Shown here piece after piece: positions 18,758 to 26,291 of a stretch of DNA of 50,255 nucleotides; positions within the stretch are counted from its first letter, which is position 1; every line of letters starts with the position of its first letter. The notes under the pieces were generated by a model. The model saw only the letters and a list, made by a program, of their open reading frames with translations, was not told the origin of the DNA and ran no database searches. The DNA comes from Patescibacteria group bacterium (lineage in GTDB: Bacteria > Patescibacteriota > Minisyncoccia > Moranbacterales > JAKLHP01), in the NCBI GenBank assembly GCA_043803385.1, contig JAZDKA010000049.1, forward strand, positions 1 to 50,255, written 5' to 3'. The translations under genes and the position numbers were made by a program.

Positions 18758-18925
18758 CTATTTTTTCCAGTCTTTAATAAGTAGCCCGCCCCTTACCCTT
18801 TTGACGACTACTTTCTGTTTTTCTTTCCATCCTAATTCTTTTGCCATTTCAACCGGTAAAGTTACCGCCAGGCTGGTTTTGCCCACGCGGGTGATCTTCC
18901 TGGTGTTTTTGTCTTTTAACTTCAT
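18758..18925 (-). CDS. AbrB/MazE/SpoVT-type small DNA-binding protein (55 aa; below the ORF-track cutoff)
   Basis: Hand translation: MKLKDKNTRKITRVGKTSLAVTLPVEMAKELGWKEKQKVVVKRVRGGLLIKDWKK. The core SLAVTLPxExAKxLGW is the swapped-hairpin signature. Confidence 0.65.
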   Translation of the reverse strand: MKLKDKNTRKITRVGKTSLAVTLPVEMAKELGWKEKQKVVVKRVRGGLLIKDWKK

Positions 18926-18986
18926 ATTGTTTTTTGCCCCAGTTAAATATGCTTCGTATTTAACGGGGTAAATCTTTTAATTTCAT

Positions 18987-19017
18987 AATACGTATGGAAG
19001 TAAGTATTAAAAATATT
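18987..19017 (+). repeat. Direct repeat, right copy, flanking the cassette
   Basis: AATACGTAT-GGA-AGTAAGTATTAAAAA-TATT; see 14023-14054. Confidence 0.6.
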
Positions 19018-19083
19018 TGCTTCTTATACTTTTATCCTACGCCAAAATTAAATTGCGGTCAAAATGAAAAAGTTATACTTTGC

Positions 19084-20058
19084 TTAATTTGAAACAGGTT
19101 TTGTCTGTCCATTTCTTTCCATAATCAAAGGGATTTCTTGAAATTCCATACTCCTATTTTCAGCATCTATTTTTATTCTTACCGCCAGTCCGTTCATTGT
19201 TTCTGCGCTGAAATACTGGTCAAAAATGAAGTTTCCCAAGGAATAATAGATTCTCTTTCCTTTATATTCTTCCATATTTTGAACAACATGTGGATGGCTT
19301 CCGATAATCAAATCTGCTCCGGCATCAACGAAATTATGCGCTAAATTTTTTATTTTATCGCTTGGATTTTTTTCATATTCTTTCCCCCAATGGGCATAAA
19401 TCACGACAATATCAACTGTGTTTCTAAGCATCTCGATATTTTTATTTACTTCTTCGACACTAATTCCTCCGAATTGATTGTAATTTACCAAGCCAATTTT
19501 TATTCCGTTAATTTCTTTTACAATAGAATTATTTTCTTTATTTTTCGGATCGCCAAAATAATCAATCCCGTTTTCAGTTAAATATTTTTTTGTCTGGTCT
19601 AAACCATCGACTCCAAAATTCAAGACATGATTATTACCAAGACTAACCAGTTTAATATTATTTTTTGCCAAAGTATCAGCTAAACTTTTATCGAAAGTAA
19701 AAATAAAATGCCCTTTCTGTCCCGGCGTTGTCCCCACGCTGACTGATTTATTATCCGTTATCGGTCCCTCCAAATTTGCCACCACCAAATCATTACCTTT
19801 CAAAAAATCGGATATTTTCTCAAAAATAAAATCATTTCCTTTTCTATTGGTAAATTCCCGAATACTTCGATCAAACATCAAGTCTCCGACAAATAAAATA
19901 TAAACATCTTCTTTTAAATTTTCCTGAAGCTTATTTTGGGTTTTTTCCTCCAATTTGTCTGAAGCATTATCAATAATGCTACTCTTAGGCAAAGAACAGC
20001 CAGCTAGAAAAAATATTCCTATTAACAAGATTGCTATTTTTGCTTTAAAATAAGGCAT
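19084..20058 (-). CDS. CapA/PGA_cap family metallophosphatase-like lipoprotein
   Basis: Lipobox LAGCS; FVGDLMFDR, ANLEGPIT, LGNNHVLNFG and GSHPHV motifs. Confidence 0.7.
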   Translation of the reverse strand: MPYFKAKIAILLIGIFFLAGCSLPKSSIIDNASDKLEEKTQNKLQENLKEDVYILFVGDLMFDRSIREFTNRKGNDFIFEKISDFLKGNDLVVANLEGPITDNKSVSVGTTPGQKGHFIFTFDKSLADTLAKNNIKLVSLGNNHVLNFGVDGLDQTKKYLTENGIDYFGDPKNKENNSIVKEINGIKIGLVNYNQFGGISVEEVNKNIEMLRNTVDIVVIYAHWGKEYEKNPSDKIKNLAHNFVDAGADLIIGSHPHVVQNMEEYKGKRIYYSLGNFIFDQYFSAETMNGLAVRIKIDAENRSMEFQEIPLIMERNGQTKPVSN

Positions 20059-20247
20059 TGTGGCAATTTAATTTTATTGCTTAATTATACCAGAATTATC
20101 AAAAAATATCCTCGACAAACAACTATTTTCATGATAAACTGGATTAGTAAACTAATAGCGATACCAATCTGCGAATGCATACGAATGCTACGAATCGTTC
20201 GTTATATTCGTATGCAAATTCGTATCGTTCGCATCACTACTAACATT

Positions 20248-20904
20248 ATGAACATCCAATATTACGGACATTCTTGCTTCAAAATTACCACTAAGCCGGC
20301 TGGAAGAGCTACTGAAGATATCACTATTTTTTTTGACCCCTTTGATAAATCGGTAGGGCTTCGACCTCCGCAAGGACAGGCGGATATAGTTTTCGTTTCT
20401 CACCAGCATCCTGACCATAACAACATCGAAGCTTTGAAAGGAAACCCTATAGTAATTGACACTCCCGGGGAATATGCCATAAAAGGCATCAATGCCATCG
20501 GAATTGATTCTTTTCATGATGACAAAAACGGCGAAGTGAGGGGGAAAAATACTATTTTTACCATTGAATCGGAAGACTTGAAAGTATGCCATTTGGGAGA
20601 TTTGGGAGGAGAACTTACTTCCGACCAGATTGAAAACATGGAGGTTGATATTCTTTTTATTCCTATCGGAGGAAAATACACGATTGACGGAAAAAAAGCA
20701 GCAGAATTAGTGAGAAAAATAGAGCCAAAGATTATAATTCCGATGCATTATAAATTAAAGGAAACCATTATCGACATTGATGATGAGAAAAAATTCTGCA
20801 ATGATATGGGAAACTGTCCCAAAGAAAAAGTTTCAAAAATAAACATCAAGAGCAAGGATTTGGAAGAAAAAAACATGGAAGTTATTTTGATGGACATAGA
20901 ATAA
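20248..20904 (+). CDS. Metal-dependent hydrolase, MBL fold (UPF0173-like)
   Basis: MNIQYYGHSCFKI...FDPF...VSHQHPDH. The tracked ORF start at 20077 reads through an ACGAAT repeat array. Confidence 0.75.
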   Translation: MNIQYYGHSCFKITTKPAGRATEDITIFFDPFDKSVGLRPPQGQADIVFVSHQHPDHNNIEALKGNPIVIDTPGEYAIKGINAIGIDSFHDDKNGEVRGKNTIFTIESEDLKVCHLGDLGGELTSDQIENMEVDILFIPIGGKYTIDGKKAAELVRKIEPKIIIPMHYKLKETIIDIDDEKKFCNDMGNCPKEKVSKINIKSKDLEEKNMEVILMDIE

Positions 20905-20906
20905 AT

Positions 20907-21206
20907 ATGAATATTTCCCAAAAAATTGAAGAAATTAGGCAAAAGCCGGAGCATATTCGGCTTCGTTATGTTTGGGGTTCAGTAGCCATTTCAATGATTT
21001 TCATTATAATAATCTGGGTCTTTTCATTCAGCGAATCATTTAAAAAGAAAGAGGCAACTAGCGGAGCAGATATTTCCGGCATAAAGCAAAGCATGGAGGA
21101 TTTGAAAAGTGTAAAGGACTCTGTCCCCTCAATAAATGAAATTACTAAAAATGCCCAGACGATAAATAATCAGCTCCAAAAAAATCCTGCAACACCAACT
21201 AACTAA
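20907..21206 (+). CDS. Hypothetical single-pass membrane protein
   Basis: 99-aa ORF with one TM span (VWGSVAISMIFIIIIWVFSF). Confidence 0.45.
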   Translation: MNISQKIEEIRQKPEHIRLRYVWGSVAISMIFIIIIWVFSFSESFKKKEATSGADISGIKQSMEDLKSVKDSVPSINEITKNAQTINNQLQKNPATPTN

Positions 21207-21227
21207 AACTTACTAAATATTATATCC

Positions 21228-23678
21228 ATGAAAGAAGAGAAAAAAGAAAATAACAAAAATATCCATTCTCGCCAGATAACCGATGAAGTCCAGCAGTCAT
21301 ACTTGGATTACGCCATGAGCGTAATTGTTTCTCGCGCCCTTCCGGATGTTCGCGATGGAATGAAGCCGGTCCACCGAAGAATTTTGTATTCCATGTGGAA
21401 CACCGGACTTCGAGCTAGCGCCAAATTCAGAAAATCCGCCACTGTTGTCGGAGAAGTGCTGGGAAAATACCATCCGCACGGAGACAGCGCCGTCTACGAA
21501 TCAATGGTCCGAATGGCACAGGATTTTTCTTTGAGATATCCGCTTGTCTGGGGCCAGGGAAATTTCGGATCAATGGACGGCGACAGCGCCGCGGCTTATC
21601 GTTATACTGAAGCCAAGCTCAAGCAAATCGCTGAAGAAATGCTTTTTGACATCGAAAAGGAAACGGTTGATTTTGTGCCTAATTTCGATGGAACTCATCA
21701 AGAACCGGTAGTTCTTCCCGCCAAACTCCCTCAACTTCTTCTTAACGGAACTATGGGAATTGCGGTGGGAATGGCAACTAACATTCCTCCACATAATCTA
21801 AACGAGCTCGTTGACGCTATCGCCTATTTGATTGATAATCCCGAAGCTACCATTGACGACCTGCTGAATTTCGTTAAAGGCCCTGATTTTCCGACTGGAG
21901 GAATAATCTATAACGCCAGAGATATTAAGGAAGCTTATTCTCTTGGAAAAGGAAAAATTACTACTCGCGGAAAAGCTGATATCGTTGAAACTAAAAGCGG
22001 AAGTTTTCAAATTGTTATTTCTGAAATAACTTATGCTACCAACAAGGCTGCTATGATTACGAAAATTGCTGATTTAGTTAAAGAAGGAAAACTTCAGGGA
22101 ATCAAAGACCTTCGCGATGAATCGGACAAGGATGGAGTGCGGGTCGTGATTGAACTTAAAAAAGACGCTTATCCGCAAAAAATTCTTAACAGCCTTTATT
22201 CCAATACTGATCTTCAAAAAAATTTCAATGTAAACATGCTGGCGCTGGTTGATGGGATTGAACCAAGGATCCTAAATCTCAAATCAATGCTCGAATATTT
22301 TATCGTTCACAGGCAGAAAGTAATAACCAGGCGCACCGAATATGAACTTAAAAAATCCAAAGAAAGAGCTCATGTTCTTGAAGGGCTCAAAAAAGCTCTC
22401 GACCATATTGATGCCGTGATTGAAACCATCAAAAAATCAGCTACAAAAGAAGTCGCCCATGATAATTTGATGAAGAAATTCAAGCTCTCTGACATCCAGG
22501 CTACCGCCATTTTGGAAATGAGATTGCAAACTTTGGCTGGGCTCGAAAGAAAGAAACTAGAAGATGAGCTCAAAGAAAAATTAGCTCTTATTGCTGAACT
22601 TGAAAATATTCTCAAGAGCCCAAAGAAAATTTTGGGAGTAGTAAAAAAAGAAATTCTGGAAATCAAAGAAAAATACGGAGACGAAAGAAAAACCAGAGTA
22701 ATCAAAACCGGCATCGGAGAATTTAAACAGGAAGACTTAATTCCCAACGAAGAAGCAATCATTACCCTCACCCAGGACGGATATATAAAAAGAATGGATC
22801 CTAATTCATACAAGGTTCAAAAAAGAGGTGGAAGAGGAGTGATTGGCGCTACTACCAAAGAAGGAGATTCAATTGAACAAGTGACCAGTGTGATGACTCA
22901 CGATAATCTGATGTTTTTCACTAACACCGGAAAAATTTTTCAGACCAAATCTTATGAAATTCCGGTTTCTCAAAGAACCGCCAAAGGACAAGCGATTGTT
23001 AATTTTCTCCAGCTTTCACAGGATGAAAAAATAACCGAAATGATTGCCTTCAACAAAGAAGACAATTATAAATTTTTCTTTATGACCACCGAGAATGGAA
23101 CGGTAAAGAAAGTAAAAATAGAAGATTTTGAAAACGTTAGAAGATCCGGGCTTATTGCTATAAATCTAGACAAGGGAGATACGCTTGGCTGGGTGAAACC
23201 GACTACTGGAACTGATGAAATTATTGTCACTACTTCACGGGGACAAGCCATTCATTTCAAGGAAACAGATGTACGCGCTATGGGAAGGAATGCCGCCGGA
23301 GTTCGAGGAATCAAACTCAAAAAAGATGACCGAGTTGTCGGGACAGATTCAGTTCTTAAAAACCAAAAAGGAAACCAGCTTCTCATTATTTCTGAAAATG
23401 GATTTGGAAAAAGAACGGATCTTAAATTCTACAAGATCCAAAAGCGCGGAGGAAGCGGAATAAAAACTTCCAGTGTTACTGCCAGAACTGGAAAACTGGT
23501 CGCCGCTAAAATGGTTAATATTGATGATATCGAAGTAGATATGCTCATTACTTCAGAACAAGGACAGATTATTAGAATTCCGCTCAAAAGCGTTTCAGTT
23601 CTGGGCCGAGCTACTCAAGGAGTTCGAATTATGAAACCAACTTCCGGAGACAAAGCTTCTGCTATGGCAGTACTCTAG
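21228..23678 (+). CDS. gyrA: DNA gyrase subunit A
   Basis: [24 protein letters not shown], catalytic Tyr context [10 protein letters not shown], and a C-terminal beta-pinwheel repeat region. Confidence 0.95.
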   Translation: MKEEKKENNKNIHSRQITDEVQQSYLDYAMSVIVSRALPDVRDGMKPVHRRILYSMWNTGLRASAKFRKSATVVGEVLGKYHPHGDSAVYESMVRMAQDFSLRYPLVWGQGNFGSMDGDSAAAYRYTEAKLKQIAEEMLFDIEKETVDFVPNFDGTHQEPVVLPAKLPQLLLNGTMGIAVGMATNIPPHNLNELVDAIAYLIDNPEATIDDLLNFVKGPDFPTGGIIYNARDIKEAYSLGKGKITTRGKADIVETKSGSFQIVISEITYATNKAAMITKIADLVKEGKLQGIKDLRDESDKDGVRVVIELKKDAYPQKILNSLYSNTDLQKNFNVNMLALVDGIEPRILNLKSMLEYFIVHRQKVITRRTEYELKKSKERAHVLEGLKKALDHIDAVIETIKKSATKEVAHDNLMKKFKLSDIQATAILEMRLQTLAGLERKKLEDELKEKLALIAELENILKSPKKILGVVKKEILEIKEKYGDERKTRVIKTGIGEFKQEDLIPNEEAIITLTQDGYIKRMDPNSYKVQKRGGRGVIGATTKEGDSIEQVTSVMTHDNLMFFTNTGKIFQTKSYEIPVSQRTAKGQAIVNFLQLSQDEKITEMIAFNKEDNYKFFFMTTENGTVKKVKIEDFENVRRSGLIAINLDKGDTLGWVKPTTGTDEIIVTTSRGQAIHFKETDVRAMGRNAAGVRGIKLKKDDRVVGTDSVLKNQKGNQLLIISENGFGKRTDLKFYKIQKRGGSGIKTSSVTARTGKLVAAKMVNIDDIEVDMLITSEQGQIIRIPLKSVSVLGRATQGVRIMKPTSGDKASAMAVL

Positions 23679-23791
23679 ACAAAAATTCAATAATATAATA
23701 GAATACGAATCCGAAGCACGAATAATTATTTTATTAGCAAACAATGGTGTTCGATTTTATTTATACGACACGATTGTTCTGCCCCAAGTTT

Positions 23792-24058
23792 ATGCTTAAC
23801 CACAAGCAAAAAGAGAGAGTGACCAAAGAAGTAAAAAGACACGAGAAAGATACCGGTTCTCCTGAATATCAAATCGCCCTTTTCACCGAAAGAATTAAAA
23901 AGCTTACTGGCCACCTCAAAAAGAATGTTAAAGATTTCCATTCCCGAAGAGGACTTCTAAAAATGGTTTCCAAAAGAAGAAAATTGATGGAATATCTCAA
24001 AAAGACTAACGAAAAGATGTATAAAGCAACCGTAAAGAAACTGGGGCTTAAGGGATAA
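23792..24058 (+). CDS. rpsO: 30S ribosomal protein S15
   Basis: DTGSPEYQIALFTERIKKLTGHLKKNVKDFHSRRGLLKMVSKRRKLMEYL. ATG at 23792 chosen. Confidence 0.9.
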   Translation: MLNHKQKERVTKEVKRHEKDTGSPEYQIALFTERIKKLTGHLKKNVKDFHSRRGLLKMVSKRRKLMEYLKKTNEKMYKATVKKLGLKG

Positions 24059-24087
24059 ATCAAATTTCCAATATTATGCTATAATAA

Positions 24088-24109
24088 AAGCAGGAGTAAT
24101 CCTGCTTTT
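24088..24109 (+). terminator. Rho-independent terminator after rpsO
   Basis: AAGCAGGA-gtaa-TCCTGCTT followed by a T-run. Confidence 0.7.
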
Positions 24110-24184
24110 ATTTATTAATAATTAATAATATAAATCTCGTATAAATTATTTGTATATTTGTATAGGATTTGTAAATTCGTAGTT

Positions 24185-24682
24185 ATGGCGAAATTTTTAG
24201 AACAACGAGTTGGCGTTTTGGTCGATATTCAAAATTTATATTACAGCGCCAAAGTTCTTTACGGGAAAAAAGTTAATTTCAAGAAAGTTCTGGAAGATGC
24301 GGTTTCGGGAAGAAAATTAATTCGCGCCATTGCTTACGGTATCAAAACGCTTGAGGGTCAGGAAGAAAAATTTTTCGAGGCATTAGGAAAACAAGGATTT
24401 GAAGTAAAAACCAAAGATCTTCAAATTTTTCCCGGCGGGCAAAAAAAGGGAGACTGGGATGTTGGCATCGCCGTCGATGCGATAAAAATGTCAAAAAGCT
24501 TGGATGCGGTAGTTTTAATTTCCGGAGACGGTGATTATATTCCCGCTGTTGAATATATCCAAAATACCACCGGCTGCCGGGTCGAAGGAATAGCCTTTCT
24601 CGAGTCTGCCAGCAATAAACTTATTGAAAAACTCGACGACTTCACAAACTTAAGCGAAAACAAAAAGAAGTTTTTGATATAA
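24185..24682 (+). CDS. NYN-domain (LabA/DUF88-like) putative ribonuclease
   Basis: VGVLVDIQNLYYSA and VVLISGDGDYIPAVEYIQ are typical of NYN/LabA domains. Confidence 0.7.
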   Translation: MAKFLEQRVGVLVDIQNLYYSAKVLYGKKVNFKKVLEDAVSGRKLIRAIAYGIKTLEGQEEKFFEALGKQGFEVKTKDLQIFPGGQKKGDWDVGIAVDAIKMSKSLDAVVLISGDGDYIPAVEYIQNTTGCRVEGIAFLESASNKLIEKLDDFTNLSENKKKFLI

Positions 24683-24769
24683 ACTCTTGCGTGTCATTCC
24701 CGCGAAAGCGGGAATCTAGAAGAAATCAGCTCTTAAAAGCTGATTTTTATTGCTTAAGCTAATGTTTTC

Positions 24770-25627
24770 TTATAAATTTTTAATGTCTGCAGGGATAAAA
24801 AATATTTTTTCGAATCTCCTCTTTAGTTTTCTTGCCTTATCCGAACTTACAGAAACAACTATTTTAAATTTTGATTTTTCATCCATAATCTTTCTTATTT
24901 CATCGGAAGCATCTTTTTCTTTTTCAAATTTATTATAAATTATGTTGATCCTATCGGCTAGTTTCTTCTCTAAAAAAGTTTCAATTAGATAATTTCCCAA
25001 AATAGCCAAATAATAATTGTTTTCAAAACCCATTTTTTCTCCGGTTGAAAATTCAATTAGCTCTGAAGAATATTTTTTTCTCATTGCAATATCTAAGATA
25101 TTATTTCCTCCAATTGCATAAAAAGTTTTTGGTTTATTTTTTTTAATCCAATTGTACATATACTTCTCACTTTTTTCTCTAGCGAACAAAAACCATTCAT
25201 GCGGATTATATAAATAAAGCGGAGCAAGAATATTGGTTTTTTTGATTATTAGCGAAAAAATATGATTCCAAAAAGAATCGAATGAATCTAGCTTTTTAAA
25301 CAAATAGATTATCCTATCTCCTTCAGCCATTTTATCCAATTCATTTTTCATTTTAGATCCTCTGTAATTTTCCAGATAATTTTTATCTACCTTACTAACA
25401 AACTCATTTAGCTGATTTATCCAGACTTGATTAAGCATTACTTTCTTGCTGTATTTAATAACTACTTCTTCCTTTATCAAATTCCGCAACGCAAGATAAA
25501 CTGCCTGCTTAGTGGTGCTAGGTTTTGTTGATTTAATAATTTCAACAACATCTGTTGCTTTTTCAGAACCGCAAGAAAGCGAATCAATAATCAAATTCTT
25601 TATATTATTTTTTCCTAAATTTACCAT
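24770..25627 (-). CDS. Putative winged-helix transcriptional regulator with an uncharacterised C-terminal domain
   Basis: The N-terminal ~70 aa look like a wHTH (TTKQAVYLALRNLIKEEVVIKY). Divergent from two small genes. Confidence 0.45.
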   Translation of the reverse strand: MVNLGKNNIKNLIIDSLSCGSEKATDVVEIIKSTKPSTTKQAVYLALRNLIKEEVVIKYSKKVMLNQVWINQLNEFVSKVDKNYLENYRGSKMKNELDKMAEGDRIIYLFKKLDSFDSFWNHIFSLIIKKTNILAPLYLYNPHEWFLFAREKSEKYMYNWIKKNKPKTFYAIGGNNILDIAMRKKYSSELIEFSTGEKMGFENNYYLAILGNYLIETFLEKKLADRINIIYNKFEKEKDASDEIRKIMDEKSKFKIVVSVSSDKARKLKRRFEKIFFIPADIKNL

Positions 25628-25754
25628 AAAAAGTAAACAAAAACTTTACTTTCAAGTCAAAAAACGCCATTTTTTTGACCTTTTTTGATTTATATAATAA
25701 TTTTACACTGCTATTAAAATAATGGCAAATATAACAATATTAAGGAGGCTACTC

Positions 25755-25988
25755 ATGCCGATATGTGGATTTAACCCAAAAATGTTAAAAGGATTGACGC
25801 TTTTTGCTCAAGGTTTGTATGAACAAGCAAAAAAACGTTCAGAAGAAGATGGTGTCGATTTAAAAGAATCATATGATAAAGAAATCGAGGAGATGAACAT
25901 TTTTCTGTCTGAATTAGATAGAAGATACTACGAAGAATTACGACCTAAATTCGGAGTTGAAGAGGGTATCAAAAAATTATTCGAATAG
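25755..25988 (+). CDS. Small hypothetical protein (paralog 1)
   Basis: ATG preceded by AAGGAGG. N-terminus PICGFNPKMLKGLTLFAQGLYEQAKK resembles the next gene. Confidence 0.55.
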   Translation: MPICGFNPKMLKGLTLFAQGLYEQAKKRSEEDGVDLKESYDKEIEEMNIFLSELDRRYYEELRPKFGVEEGIKKLFE

Positions 25989-26001
25989 AAGGAGGTATGA
26001 T

Positions 26002-26214
26002 ATGGCACCACCATCAGGATTTGGTAAAAAAGCAGTAAATGGAGCATTAGAATTTGTAGGAGCTTGCTACGAAGATCTGCAAAAAGAAGTAAAGTCAGGT
26101 AAATATGCAACCCTTGAAGAGGCTATCGAGATAGAACTGGCGCAAATACGTAAAGCACTTTCTAAGATGCACATTGACGCTGAAGGTAATTTAACTGAAA
26201 AAAAGGAGTTGTAA
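26002..26214 (+). CDS. Small hypothetical protein (paralog 2)
   Basis: ATG preceded by GAAGGAGG. PPSGFGKKAVNGALEFVGACYEDLQKE parallels paralog 1. Confidence 0.55.
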   Translation: MAPPSGFGKKAVNGALEFVGACYEDLQKEVKSGKYATLEEAIEIELAQIRKALSKMHIDAEGNLTEKKEL

Positions 26215-26224
26215 AAGAAGTCAG

Positions 26225-26251
26225 AAAGCGATTGAATTCAATCGCTTTTTT
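26225..26251 (+). terminator. Rho-independent terminator
   Basis: AAAGCGATTGA / TCAATCGCTTT followed by a T-run. Confidence 0.75.
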
Positions 26252-26291
26252 ATTTCAAACCAAACAACATAATTTGTTGTTTGTCAAGTTA

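Noticed and set aside
18710-18968. Hairpins flanking the AbrB-like gene, considered as integron attC sites because GTTAAAT fits GTTRRRY, ATTTAAC fits RYYYAAC, and each has a bulged base
   Set aside because: The order is core-then-inverse-core on either strand, opposite to canonical attC. The hairpins are much shorter than typical attC sites. No intI or attI is present. Kept only as an unexplained bracketing-hairpin observation.
20077-20247. N-terminal extensions of tracked ORFs. Tracked start versus chosen start: 20077/20248, 23744/23792, 24158/24185, 31095/31158, 34613/34754, 37846/37888, 42398/42311, 43278/43338, 18669/18492, 5610/5709, 1079/1151.
   Set aside because: The extensions read through repeat arrays, promoters, palindromes, a tRNA remnant or the preceding gene. 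Internal starts restore the conserved N-termini or signal peptides.
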